A stretch of 64,000 bases of DNA, from NCBI GenBank assembly GCA_964611355.1, contig CAZSYD010000010.1, forward strand, positions 1 to 64,000. The letters run 5' to 3'. Positions 36,474 through 48,400 of this stretch are shown in pieces. The notes under the pieces were generated by a model, which worked only from the letters and a program-made list of their open reading frames with translations, was not told the origin of the DNA and searched no databases. Source of the DNA: an uncultured Ignavibacteriales bacterium (GTDB lineage Bacteria; Zixibacteria; MSB-5A5; GN15; JAAZOE01). The number at the start of each line of letters is the position of its first letter. Position 1 is the first letter of the stretch. The position numbers and the translations under genes were made by a program.

Positions 36474-38549
36474 ATGAAAGCCAAAAATAGCAATAAAAAC
36501 GGCGCTTCGCACCAGCCTGATAATGGAACCGATCCTAACCTTGGCAATTTATACCGCGCCGTGCTGGAATCGGTTGAATTTGCTATCCATGTCATTGACT
36601 CTAGCCTGAAGATAGTGGTTTTCAACGCCGCTTTCCGGCGATGGTGCCGGGAACTGGGGCTCGATATTGAAAGGGAGATCGGCCAGATGGTGTTTGATAT
36701 CTTCCCATTTCTGCCCCCAAAAGTCAGGAATGAGTACAGGCAGGTGTTTCAGACAGGGGAAATGCTGAGTACCGAAGAGAAAACAGTCATAAATGAACGA
36801 GATTTCATTACCGAAACGCGAAAACTGCCCGTCTTTTCAGGAAAGAAAGTATCTCATGTTATTACCATAGTACAGGATATTACCGAGCGAAGACAGGCTG
36901 AGGGAGCCCTGCGTGAAAGCGACGAAAAGTATCGATCGCAGTATCAATCCATACCGGTGCCTACCTTTACCTGGGAGCATATCGGCGATAACTTCAGGCT
37001 TGTAGATTATAACCAGGCGGCGAAGATTATAACGGAAGGCAAAATATCAGACTACATTGGGAAAAAAGTCAACGAAATGTACGCTCATATGCCGGATGTT
37101 ATCAGAGATATGAATCAGTGTCTGGCCGATAAAGCCATGATAACCAGAGAAACGCCGTATCGTTTTATGAGCACCGGTCAGGAAAGATATTTAATCGTAA
37201 AATACGCATATGTCCCCCCGAACCTGGTGCTCGTCCACACCGAAGATATTACCGAACACAAAAATGCTGAGGAAAGATTAAAGGAAACGATCGCGTTGCT
37301 CCAAAGTATCATGGATAGCTCCAGCGAGGGAATCGTTATAGCAACTGACATCACGGGAGTTATTCTTATCTGGAACGAGGGAGCGAGGCGGATTTTGGGC
37401 TATGAACCTCAAGAGGTGGTGGGTAAGAAAAGCGTTCGGATATTCCATACGAAAGACTATCTAAAGTCCGGAGTAATGGAGACAAATATCGAGAACATGA
37501 TTACTACAGGAAAGCCGTTAGTGGGAGAAATTACGTATGTTGCCAAAGACGGCAGGTCTTTTCCCGCCTGGCAGGTCGTGAACCCTCGCTTTGATGAAAA
37601 CGGAGAATTTGTAGGTATGCTGGGTATTGCTCATGATATCACTGAGCGAAAACTGGCCGAAGATGCTTTACGACGCAGCGAAGAACGATTCCGCGCCATC
37701 TTTGAAACAGCGCAGGATTCGATTTTTATTAAGGATAAGAACCTACGCTATATTCAGGTCAATCCGGCTGTGGAGAAACTTTTTGATCTTAAGGCCTCGG
37801 AACTGCTGGGGCGGAACGATGTTGAACTCTTCGGCGAAGATGTCGCCGAATCTGTCGCTGAAGTGGACTTGCGTGTTCTGGCTGGTGAAGTAGTCGAGGA
37901 AGAACCAGTCAAACCGGTTAGGGGAACTCTCAAAACGTTTCATGTGGTCAAGGCGCCAATGAGAGATGAATCCGGTAAAGTTATTGGTATTTGTGGTATT
38001 TCCCGCGATATTACGGAAAGAAAACTGGCCGAAGAAGCAATTAAGAAAGCCCGTGATGAACTTGAAATGCGCGTCAGGGAACGAACCGAAGAGTTGGCCG
38101 AAACCAACGAAGAACTAAGAGTAGAACATGAGGCCCTACAGCAAAAGAACATCGCCCTGCAGGAAATCCTCAATCAGATTGAAGCCGGTAAACGGCAAAT
38201 GGCTTCGCAAATACAGTCAAACGTTGACAGAATAATCCTTCCAATACTGAATACTCTCGAAGGAAAAATCAGCCAATCGGGTAAACATTATATTTCCCTT
38301 CTGAGAAGCAGCCTGAGCGAGATTACATCCCCTTTTATTGACAGCCTTGAAACCCGGTTTTCAAAGCTGACGCCCCGGGAAGTGGAAATCTGCAATATGG
38401 TGAAAAACGGCCTTACCTGTAAGGATATTGCAAATACGCTGAGCATTTCGGTCCAAACCGTTCTCAAGCAACGAGCGACAATCAGGAAAAAACTTGGTAT
38501 ATCGAATAAAAAGGTTAATCTGTCTTCTTATCTAATGTCATTGAAATAG
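36474..38549 (+). CDS. Multi-PAS sensor with C-terminal LuxR-type HTH
   Basis: Four PAS/PAC units each ending in DITE(R/H)(R/K), a coiled coil, then LTPREVEIC..GLTCKDIA..IRKKLGI. Confidence 0.92.
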   Translation: MKAKNSNKNGASHQPDNGTDPNLGNLYRAVLESVEFAIHVIDSSLKIVVFNAAFRRWCRELGLDIEREIGQMVFDIFPFLPPKVRNEYRQVFQTGEMLSTEEKTVINERDFITETRKLPVFSGKKVSHVITIVQDITERRQAEGALRESDEKYRSQYQSIPVPTFTWEHIGDNFRLVDYNQAAKIITEGKISDYIGKKVNEMYAHMPDVIRDMNQCLADKAMITRETPYRFMSTGQERYLIVKYAYVPPNLVLVHTEDITEHKNAEERLKETIALLQSIMDSSSEGIVIATDITGVILIWNEGARRILGYEPQEVVGKKSVRIFHTKDYLKSGVMETNIENMITTGKPLVGEITYVAKDGRSFPAWQVVNPRFDENGEFVGMLGIAHDITERKLAEDALRRSEERFRAIFETAQDSIFIKDKNLRYIQVNPAVEKLFDLKASELLGRNDVELFGEDVAESVAEVDLRVLAGEVVEEEPVKPVRGTLKTFHVVKAPMRDESGKVIGICGISRDITERKLAEEAIKKARDELEMRVRERTEELAETNEELRVEHEALQQKNIALQEILNQIEAGKRQMASQIQSNVDRIILPILNTLEGKISQSGKHYISLLRSSLSEITSPFIDSLETRFSKLTPREVEICNMVKNGLTCKDIANTLSISVQTVLKQRATIRKKLGISNKKVNLSSYLMSLK

Positions 38550-38606
38550 TGAGTTTTTCTCGATTGGTATTCCCTCATTGGGGAAGAAAGGCTATTAAGG
38601 CTGGTC

Positions 38607-38678
38607 TATGGTATATTATATACCGTATATATACCATATAATACCCTCTTGCTTTATAATAAAATTAACATTTATTTT
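38607..38678 (+). promoter_or_regulatory. TATACC repeat/palindrome operator plus promoter
   Basis: TATGGTATAT-N12-ATATACCATA inverted repeat; ATACC at 10-11 bp spacing; TTGCTT(38649)-N18-TATTTT. Confidence 0.5.
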
Positions 38679-38684
38679 ATATTG

Positions 38685-38776
38685 AAAGAAATGTGCCTGA
38701 CCCGGACGCCCCCCTGGATGGTGATGCCCAACCCTGCAGAGCACAGCATTGCCATTTCCGGTCAGGCACAGTTTTT
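38685..38776 (+). ncRNA. Candidate small structured RNA
   Basis: TGTGCCTGACC/GGTCAGGCACA outer stem, ATGGTGATGC/GCATTGCCAT inner stem, C-rich loops, T-tract. Confidence 0.55.
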
Positions 38777-38843
38777 ATTATGGCTAATCTGCTATCAACA
38801 TAGAATTAATCTCCTTTATGATTTCCGCTGTAGCCTAAAATGA

Positions 38844-38872
38844 TTGACTTCAATCCAGCCCCTTGATAGCTT
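38844..38872 (+). promoter_or_regulatory. Sigma70-type promoter of recG (leaderless geometry)
   Basis: TTGACT-N17-TAGCTT, then 6 nt to the GTG start. Confidence 0.55.
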
Positions 38873-38878
38873 TCTCTC

Positions 38879-40966
38879 GTGCCAAAACTTGATTTTTCAA
38901 CCGACATAAAATATCTCAAGGGGGTTGGTCCGAAGCGGGGCGAGGTATTGGTGGGGTACGGGATTGATACGGCAGGTAAGCTCCTTTATTATTTCCCGCG
39001 CAAATATATTGACCGTTCGCAGGCAGCCAAAATATCTTCGCTGTGCGAACATGATTACAAGACCATCGTCGGTAAAGTCCTCGGAAAAGGTTTGCTTAAA
39101 GGCGGTAAGACGCGCCTGGAAGTTATTGTCGGCGACGATACCGGGCATCTTTCCCTTTTGTGGTTTGCCGGTTACAAATACCTGGAGAGGAAGTTTAGGA
39201 AAGGTGACGAACTGGCGGTTACCGGTACGGTATCGTATTTCAACGGTTATCAGATGATTCATCCGGAATTTGAGTTTCTCGAAGATGATTCCGGCGAACA
39301 GATTCATACCGGTCGGGTGGTGCCGATTTATCCTCTGACCGCCGAATTGAATAAAGTCGGCCTGACATCCCGTTCTATTCGGAAGCTGATCAGGACGGTC
39401 CTTTCCGAGTTGGGGCAAAGTATTGACGAATACCTGCCGCATGAAATACTTGAAGCTGAAAATCTCCCCGACCTGGCGGAGGCGGTCAATGAGATTCATT
39501 TTCCATCCGATGCCGACAGCGCGGAAAAAGCCCGCCGTCGTCTTGCCTTCGATGAGCTGTTGTACATCCAGTTTCTCCTTCAGAAACGCAAAAAGAAATA
39601 CCGGCAACAGGAAAAGGACCATCCCTGTCGGCGGCCCGGCAGGTTATTTACTTCAATTATTGATCAATTACCTTTCAGACTTACCCCGGGGCAGAAAGAG
39701 AGCCTTGATCAGATAATCGACGATATGACTTCGGCAAGGCCGATGAACCGTCTTCTGCAGGGGGATGTCGGTTCCGGCAAGACGGTCGTGGCCGTTCTGG
39801 CGGCGGTTCTGGCGGTAGAAAATGGCGGGCAGGCCGCCATCATGGCGCCGACGGAAATACTGACCGAACAGCATTACAGGAACTGGAAAACAGCGCTCGC
39901 TCAAGCAGGCATTTCGGCAGGTCTCTTGATAGGTTCGATTAAGGCGCGCGAAAAAAAGAAGATTACCGTCGGCCTTGAATCAGGCGATATTAATATCATC
40001 TTCGGCACTCACGCTATTATCAGCCGGTCGGTGACCTTTGCCGATTTGCGACTCGCGGTTATTGACGAACAGCATCGTTTTGGTGTTATGCAACGGAGTC
40101 GTCTGGCCGAAAAAGGCGAATTGCCGGATCGCCTGGTAATGACGGCTACGCCGATACCGCGGACGCTGGCCCTGACATTGTACGGGGATCTTGATATTTC
40201 CACCATTCCCGATCTGCCCCCGGGTCGCAAACCGGTTAGAACGGTGTGGCGATTTTCCACCGCCCTGGGCGATGTCTATAAATATATTGACGGGAAAATT
40301 GAGCACGGGAGCCAGGTCTTTGTCATCTATCCGCTGGTGGAAAAATCGGAGAAGCTTGACCTGCAGGCGGCCGAGGATGGGTACCGTGAGTTGACGCAGG
40401 AGATTTTACCTCACAGGAAAATCGGATTGGTCCACGGCCGGGTCAAAATGCAGGAGAGGGACGAGACGATCAAACGCTTTCACGATGGCGAGCTGGATAT
40501 CCTTGTGGCGACTACCGTTATCGAGGTGGGTATCGACATTCCCGGCGCCAATATCCTGATAATCCAGCATGCGGAGCGATTTGGCCTGGCGCAACTGCAC
40601 CAGATGCGTGGCCGGGTGGGGCGCGGCAACCGGCGCGGACTGGCCGTGGCGGTGGCCTATCAACCGATTTCGGATATCGGACGGCGGCGGCTGGAGTATT
40701 TTACCTCCACCACCGACGGTTTCAAGATTGCCGAAGCGGATCTTGAACTTCGGGGGCCGGGCGAATTTTTCGGTATCAGGCAGCATGGCCTCCCTGAATT
40801 CAGGTTGGCCAATCCGGTCTCCGACCAGGAAATCTTAGTATCTGCCAGAAACTGGGCCGAAAAGCTTGTTATTGGTTATCAACGAAACGCCGACAGACCT
40901 GATTTTTTGTTGAATCATGCCGCCATGTTTTCTAACTTACGGTCAGATTTGGCGGATGTAGCCTGA
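38879..40966 (+). CDS. recG: ATP-dependent DNA helicase RecG
   Basis: LKGVGPKR, RLLQGDVGSGKT, DEQHRFG, MTATPIPRTL, QLHQMRGRVGRG, DLELRGPGE. Confidence 0.97.
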   Translation: MPKLDFSTDIKYLKGVGPKRGEVLVGYGIDTAGKLLYYFPRKYIDRSQAAKISSLCEHDYKTIVGKVLGKGLLKGGKTRLEVIVGDDTGHLSLLWFAGYKYLERKFRKGDELAVTGTVSYFNGYQMIHPEFEFLEDDSGEQIHTGRVVPIYPLTAELNKVGLTSRSIRKLIRTVLSELGQSIDEYLPHEILEAENLPDLAEAVNEIHFPSDADSAEKARRRLAFDELLYIQFLLQKRKKKYRQQEKDHPCRRPGRLFTSIIDQLPFRLTPGQKESLDQIIDDMTSARPMNRLLQGDVGSGKTVVAVLAAVLAVENGGQAAIMAPTEILTEQHYRNWKTALAQAGISAGLLIGSIKAREKKKITVGLESGDINIIFGTHAIISRSVTFADLRLAVIDEQHRFGVMQRSRLAEKGELPDRLVMTATPIPRTLALTLYGDLDISTIPDLPPGRKPVRTVWRFSTALGDVYKYIDGKIEHGSQVFVIYPLVEKSEKLDLQAAEDGYRELTQEILPHRKIGLVHGRVKMQERDETIKRFHDGELDILVATTVIEVGIDIPGANILIIQHAERFGLAQLHQMRGRVGRGNRRGLAVAVAYQPISDIGRRRLEYFTSTTDGFKIAEADLELRGPGEFFGIRQHGLPEFRLANPVSDQEILVSARNWAEKLVIGYQRNADRPDFLLNHAAMFSNLRSDLADVA

Positions 40967-41033
40967 CAGGCGTTATTGGACAAGTCGGGCGGGTTTGGAT
41001 TAACGCAATTTGACCGCTTGAGGAAGATTTAAA

Positions 41034-41399
41034 ATGACCGAAAATGCCGAAAAAATTAACCCGTTGTTTTTGCAGTTGGTGTTGTCATTACAATCGGCAG
41101 CCATGTACCAAATGGGGAAGATTGTCTCGCCCGTCAGCGGCAAGATAGAGAAGGATATGGAGCAGGCCAGGATATCCATCGATCTTTTGACCATGCTTCA
41201 GGAAAAAACGAAAGGTAATCTCCTGGAAGATGAAAAACGGATTATCGATTCCACCGTCTATAACCTGCAGATGAATTATGTTGATGAGTTGAACCGGAAA
41301 AAATCCGAATCCGAACCAAAAGACAAACCTCCTGGAGAGGAGAAATCATCATCCGAAACTTCGGAAACGCCTGCCGAGGAAAACGGTAGTAAAGAGTAA
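41034..41399 (+). CDS. DUF1844 family protein
   Basis: ARISIDLLTMLQEKTKGNL..EKR..LQMNYV. Confidence 0.8.
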   Translation: MTENAEKINPLFLQLVLSLQSAAMYQMGKIVSPVSGKIEKDMEQARISIDLLTMLQEKTKGNLLEDEKRIIDSTVYNLQMNYVDELNRKKSESEPKDKPPGEEKSSSETSETPAEENGSKE

Positions 41400-41485
41400 C
41401 ATATTATTCCCCAATAAGTTGTTTCCCGTTATCTACCCCGAAATGGCTTGCCAATTTCGCCTAAGGCTTATATTTTACGAGCAGA

Positions 41486-42421
41486 GTGATACATATGAAT
41501 AGAGAGGACCGATACAATCGCTTTATTGAACGATTCCGGGGGCCGGTAAGGCGTAATGAGATTCTTTCTGCGTATACGACTTTCCGAACCGGAGGCGAAG
41601 CGGATCTGTTTATTGACGCGACGGAAGCGGGGCAGTTGGGCGAGGCAATCAGGCTGGCCGGGGAAGTCGATATACCTTACTTCGTTATCGGCGGTGGAAG
41701 CAACCTTTTGGTCAGCGATGACGGGTATCGCGGTCTCGTCATTCGGAACCGGATCATGCACCTTGATGTAAAAGGTAATGAGATAACAGCGGGAGCCGGT
41801 GAAGATATAGACAGGGTGGTTGACTTGGCCACCGAATGCTCTTTATCGGGATTTGAATTTGCCGCCGGTATCTGGGGCACCATCGGAGGCGCCGTTTACG
41901 GTAATGCCGGAGCGTTTGGCAGCGATGTCGGTTCCATACTGAAGCATGCCGAACTGGTTGACACGGCGGGTAATCGGCGCATTGAGACGGCCGAATACTT
42001 CGAGTTTACTTACCGCCATTCCAGGTTGAAACAGACGAAGGAAGCGGTGACGGTTGCTTGTTTTCGATTGGAACCGGCAATGAAGCGGGAGATAGAAAAG
42101 AGGACAGAGGAAATACGCCGCCTGCGACGCCGGAATCATCCTATGCAGCCGTGTTCGGCCGGGTGCTTTTTCAAAAACATTGAAGATCCCCGGCAACGGA
42201 ACGGCAAACTGTCAGCCGGGAAGTTGCTTGAGGAGATTGGAGCCAAAGATATCAAGGTCGGCGATGCGGTAGTATTTGAAAAGCATGCCAATATAATTAT
42301 CAATAGCGGGCATGCGAGTTCGAAAGATATACGGCAACTGGCCGATATATTGAAAGAGAAAGTTAAAGAAAAATTCGCCCTCGTACTGGACGAAGAAATC
42401 ATTAGCCTGGGAGATTTTTAG
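41486..42421 (+). CDS. murB: UDP-N-acetylenolpyruvoylglucosamine reductase
   Basis: YTTFRTGGEA, IGGGSNLLV, GTIGGAVYGNAGAFG, YRHS, SAGCFFKN, KHANIIIN; start may be ATG 41495. Confidence 0.95.
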   Translation: MIHMNREDRYNRFIERFRGPVRRNEILSAYTTFRTGGEADLFIDATEAGQLGEAIRLAGEVDIPYFVIGGGSNLLVSDDGYRGLVIRNRIMHLDVKGNEITAGAGEDIDRVVDLATECSLSGFEFAAGIWGTIGGAVYGNAGAFGSDVGSILKHAELVDTAGNRRIETAEYFEFTYRHSRLKQTKEAVTVACFRLEPAMKREIEKRTEEIRRLRRRNHPMQPCSAGCFFKNIEDPRQRNGKLSAGKLLEEIGAKDIKVGDAVVFEKHANIIINSGHASSKDIRQLADILKEKVKEKFALVLDEEIISLGDF

Positions 42422-42470
42422 CAAAGGAGGTTCTATAGGCACATATCTAATGATTTGAATTTAACGCCCA

Positions 42471-45400
42471 ATGAATAAACTTATGATTTTGCGGCGTGTG
42501 ACATTCTATATCGCTCTCCTCATACCGGTTGGTGTGGTGTGTCTTATGCCTTTGGCCGAAGCTGCTCCGCCGCAGTTCCACACCACGATGGACTTCCGGT
42601 TCACTCAGCTTTCTTCCTTTCCGGGTCTTGAACCCGGATTCATAATAAGTATTACCCCCGAAGAATACGTTTCTTTTGCCAAGTATGATGTTAGAAGAGA
42701 TTACGAATACTTCTTCGATTATCCCGAATACTCCATTACATTTGCCCGCCGCATAAAAGAAGATTTGAAGTTGATTCAGGTTACCAACGATATCGGCGCC
42801 TTCCAGGGAAGGCGGCTTGAATTGAAACAGCAGGAAATGGAATTTGACATCAACAAACGTTCGCTGGTTCGAGAACAGAGAAAGAAGGCGGGAGGCCTGT
42901 TCCAGATCACGATTCCGATCCCATCAAGAGCCTTTGAATCGATATTCGGCGAGGGAGGAGCCGGTCTGAAAGTTACCGGATATCGCCGCATTACCTTCTC
43001 CGGCCGATCAACCTGGAACGATCAGAAGCAAACGGCTTTTCACCGCCAGTCTAAATTCCCTTCGCTTGATATGGAGCAGGTGTATCGTTTCGATATTACC
43101 GGCACAATCGGATCAAAGATTACCGTCCAGGTCAGCCAGGATTCACGCAACGATCTGCCGTTGGCAAATCGCCTGATTCTCAGGTACCGGGGAGGCGAGG
43201 ACGACGTATTGCAGACTGTTGAGGCCGGCAATACGACATTGAATCTGCCGTCCACGCAATTCCTGAAGTATTCAACCATGGTGCAGGGGCTTTTTGGCTT
43301 TAAGGTCACCGCTCAGATCGCCGACCTGGCCGTTACCACAATTGTATCTCAGGAAAAGGGAACCACAGAGTCGGTTGAAGTAAACGCAGGAACGTCAAGT
43401 GCCAGCACCAAGGTGGTCCGCGATATCGAGTATAAAAAGCGGACGGTTTTCGACCTTGGGCGGTTGCCTCTCTATCGAGCCAGATCGGATGCTCTTACGG
43501 AAGATACGGTTTATGATTTTCTGCCCGGCTATGATTCGATTGTAAGCGCGATCATTTATGTGGATGATATGCCGACCGATCAATCGATTCGAGCCTCGCG
43601 GCCGGCCGGCGTTTGCTATATCGATCCCGATGATCCCAATACCGATGATTCTATCTATACCGCTATTGGAAATTTCGTAGAAGTTGATCCCACCGATTAC
43701 TATGTCAATCCGACAGGATTTTACGTTCTGTTTTTGCGTCCGGTCATCCATTCCAATGACGTTCTGGCGGTTTATCTTGAGGTTAGTCGAGAACGGGGCG
43801 GTTCGACCTATATTGACACCATTGGCGACATCACTACATTGCAGGATACTTTAATCCTGAAACTGATAAAGCCGACTTCCCACACCAGGGTGAATCATCA
43901 TGTTTGGGAGTATGAATGGAGGAATGTTTATTGGCTCGGCGGTTCCAATCTGGATTTGGCCGATCTGGAAGTGGAAATCTATAAAGGTTCGCCAATCGGC
44001 GGCAATCGGGTCGATCCGGATGATCCCAATAATCAGGATGGCGTCAAGTATCTTCAGATTTTCGGGCTGGATCAGTATAACGAAAGCAATCAAAGAATCC
44101 CTGACGGCAAAATAGACAGGAACCTCGGGCTGATCGATCCTACCCTGGGACTCTTATATTTTCCGGACCGGCATCCCTTTGATTCTCCCCTTGCCTTTGA
44201 CAGCACCGAGGATAGCGAACCGATTTTTCTTAAGGACAGCGTTCCGGAAATATACGTTTCCACCAATCAGAGTACTATTAGTCAGTCGTCGGAATATTAT
44301 TTGGCCATAATCTCCAGGCAGCGGGGGGCATCGACGATTAGTCTTAATTCGACCAATATCATTGAAGGTTCTGAGGTTATCACGTACGGCAATACCCGGC
44401 TGACCAAGGGGGTTGATTACAATATCGATTACAACTTTGGATCTCTGACGCTGTTGAAAGACGAATATACCGATATCAATTCCAATCTGTCGATTATGTT
44501 CGAGCGGGCGCCATTCTTTTCTCTCTCCAAGAAAACTCTTCTGGGAACGCGTCTTCTGTACGAACCACATCGCGATTTCAGGATCGGGACGACTATTCTG
44601 TACAAGTCGGACAAATCCACCAATCGCAAACCAAAAATAGGTGAGGAAACTTCCAAGATTCTGGTCGGGGATGTCGATTTCAACTACCGTTTTGAAAGCG
44701 GGCTTATTACCCGTCTGGCGGACGCTATCCCCTTTGTTTCGGCTACATCAACTTCAAATGTTCACATCGCTGGCGAGGCGGCGCAGTCTCGCCCCAATCC
44801 AAATGTTGACGGTCAGGTATATGTCGATGACTTCGAAGGCGCCAAAGACAGCTATTCTCTGGGCATTAAACGGACCATATGGCGTAAATGCTCCAGGCCG
44901 GTGGCCGTGGAAGATACGCTTTCCGAACGCGCACGAATAGGTTGGCACAATCCGATCGACGCTTATTCCGTTAGAGAGATTTGGAATCGCGACGAAGGCG
45001 GCGCCGATATCGCCAACGTCCTCAGGGTCTTATTTCAACCCGTGGATTTTAGGAGGACAAAAAATTATGCAGATAGTACGATAGATTCCATACCGGGAAC
45101 ACTGCCTCCTGAGAATTCCTGGAACGGGTTTATGCGCAATATTCCCGATGGCGTTGTCAGCCAGCTCGTCAATGCCCAGCTCCTGGAGATGCGGCTTAGA
45201 GGCGACGTCGGGATTATGCATATTGACTTGGGTATGATAAGCGAGGATATCGACGGTGATGGGCTTATCGACACCGAAGATCGGGACGGTTTCCATACCC
45301 TTGAGGACGACGAAGACATCGGCCTCGACGGGTTCCCGAATTCACTGGAATTCGGGTACGATCCTGAAAACGGCGTGTACGACCCGGCCGGCGATGATTT

Positions 45401-48400
45401 TGACCCGGATAATATCTGGAAAATCAACGGCACCGAGGGAAACGCTGATGATCCTGACGGCGGGTATCAGCCCGACACCGAGGACCCTCATCCCTACAAT
45501 GGCCTGAATAGAATGGACAGTTATTTTTCGTACAAGGTTGACTTATCCGATAATCGCTTTGAAGTTGCTCGTAATGACTCCAACTGGAAGACGATTCGTA
45601 TTCCCCTTCGTGGCGATCTTGCTCTTGATACCATAATCGGCCAGGCTTACTGGAACGAAATCAAGTATGCCCGCATCTGGTTTGATTCGGCCTCGGCCGC
45701 GTATTTGGATCCCAACGAGCCGATCGAAGTGGAAATCGCCTCCCTTGAACTGATCTCCACTACCTGGGCCGATTCGTTCTTCGTGGCCGATACGCTGAGA
45801 AGCGGCCCGGTCAGCTTTGACGTGGCTATCATCAATACCGAAGTGGACAGGGAGAGGTATAGTCCCCCGCCGGGGGTTGAAGGATATTACGACCCCGCCA
45901 GGGATATAGTTGAGAAAGAGCAGTCCCTTCTTTTAACCTTTGAGAACCTGAATTCCCAAGTGGTTGTAGATGATCCTCCCGGACTTGCATCTGACACCGG
46001 CCTGGCGGTGCGGAAACTGTTCCAGGCAGCAAATTACATGGGATACGGGAAGATCGAAGCGTTTGTTCATAGCAACGTCAGTAAAGACGACTCTGTTCGC
46101 TTTTTCTTCCGCGTGGGCACCGATAAGAACGCATACTATGAATACCGTACCGTGCTTGATTCCGGACCGACGACGTGGAACCCCGAAAACTATGTAATGA
46201 TTGATTTTGACGAAATCACCGCCCTGAAAGACAAGCTTCTTGACCTGCGCAAAAGAGAAGACGTGGATTCGCTGGTTATTCAGGATGGGAAGTATCTTGT
46301 TAAAATCAGCTCGAATGGCCGCGACCCGACGCTGACCAAGATCAAGTATTTCGCTATGGGTGTGGTAAATCTGAATAAGTCGAAAAAAGCATCCGGTGAA
46401 GTCTGGATTGACGAACTGCGTCTGACCGATGTTCGCAATAACGTCGGCATGGCGGCCAGGATTTCAGTCGGTGGAAATATGTCCGATCTGCTGACTTATA
46501 ATCTTAACTACTCCACCCAAGATGCCTATTATCGCGGGGTGGGCGTTACCACCAGGGGCGGAGCGACCAACAATCTCGGATCCGGGCAGACAAGGAAGAA
46601 TTATTCGTTCTCCGGATCGGTCAGGCTCGAAAAATTTTTCCCGCGATCTCTTGAAATGTCCATGCCGGTATCGGTCAACTGGTCTCAAAACGTCCAGAAA
46701 CCGCTGTTGCGTTCAGGCACTGATATCACCATTCCGGATGAGTTGAGGGATATTGAAACGAGTGTAAGTATTAACAAGGGTATTCGAATAAGTGAGAGTT
46801 TTAGGAAGAAAACCAGAAATATTCTTTTCACGCTCCTTTTGAATCAACTGAAGACATCATTCAACTACAGCACCAGCCGGGGCCACTCGCCGTCGCGGCC
46901 ATCGTATTTCAGTGAACGATACAACGCTAATGGCAATTATCAGATGAACTTGCCAAAGGCCCCGTCAATTCGACCTCTTAAATGGATGGGGCTTTTCAAG
47001 GCTCCCTTCGGACTGCCGGAAACGCAGCTTTATCTGACGCCCAACCGGCTTTCCATGACGGGGACGCTCACCGGCTCGTATTCCCGTTCCCTTAATGACA
47101 TAGGTTCGAATCCAAGCTCATCCGATCGGTTTTTTAGAGGCGGCATGAATGTCGGCTTCAAGGTTTTTGATAATCTCAACGGCACCTATGCCTATAACAC
47201 AAGCCGTGATCTTAAGGACCCTAACCTGATCAACATCACTATCAATCCAAAGAAGTTCAAACTGGGCGTGGAGCAATCCTACGATCAGAGTTTTCGGGTC
47301 AGCTATGCGCCCAAGATATTTAATTTCCTGACTCACTCGGCTGATTATTCGGCGCGTTACGGCGATCAATACCGGGTTAATCGTGATTCGGTCTTTTACC
47401 ATAGCGCCAGTCTGAGCACAAACGGCAATTTTAGCTTCGCTTTTAAGCATAAGTACCTTTTCGGCACCAACAAGCGTAGGGGCCTGGGGGGCATCAGGAA
47501 GGAAGAGAAATCGAAATCGTTTTTCAGGGGCTTCTACGCGATCACAATAACCGGCGTCAGGTATATCACCGATGCCATCAAGCCGGTGTCGGTAAAATAC
47601 AGCCGGGGCAAGAATACAACCTATCCTTCACTCTGTGACAAAGCCAGTATGAAATTCAGATTCGGTTTGACCGAGGATCCCGGAGTCGAACAGCTAAAAA
47701 CCTCCACCGGAATTGTCAGGAAATCCAAATGGACCAGCGATTCCTGGTCGGGGAGTTCCGGGGTATCGCTTTTTTACGGTATCAGTGCCGATCTGTCCTA
47801 TACCCGGAAAACGCGGGAAACCTTCGATGCCTATCCCACCAAAACTATTGATGAAACCTGGCCCAGTATTAAGTTTAATCTGAGGTCGATTAAAGGGCTG
47901 TGGATTTTGGGCGGGATAATGAACGCCCTTTCTCCCAGTTCCGGTTATACCCGCTCAACCAGTACCAAGCAGCGTACCAATGCCGCTTATCTGTCCGAAA
48001 AGAGAGAGCGGGAGGCTTTTGCGCCTCTCATCTCTTTCAGCATCAGGCCGGTCAGGGCAATACAGACTTCTGCGCGATACGAAACCAATACTTCGACTTC
48101 CACTAATTTCAACGAGGGTACCGGTGAGGTCAGGACGCAAACCAGGAATACATCGAAAAGCATTTCGTTCAGTAGTTCTTGTAATTTCCGCAAACCAACC
48201 GGAATCAAGATACCTATATTGGGGCGGATAAAATTTGAATCCACCATGTCGATATCAGTCAACGTTTCTTATCAGAAGACACGGGGCGAATCGGCCAACG
48301 CCGCCTCCAACTATGAATTTAAACGTACTTCGGAAAAGACCAATCTCAACATCCGGCCGAGCGCATCATACAGTTTCTCTTCGACCGTAAAGGGCGGTCT

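Noticed and set aside
38649..38843. 64-aa ORF
   Set aside because: TTG start without RBS, overlaps promoter boxes and the RNA structure; better explained as non-coding
36275..38878. Genomic island integrated at selC
   Set aside because: No integrase and no duplicated tRNA 3' end found
42160..42180. Cys in place of the catalytic Ser in MurB (GCFFKN)
   Set aside because: A known natural variant of MurB
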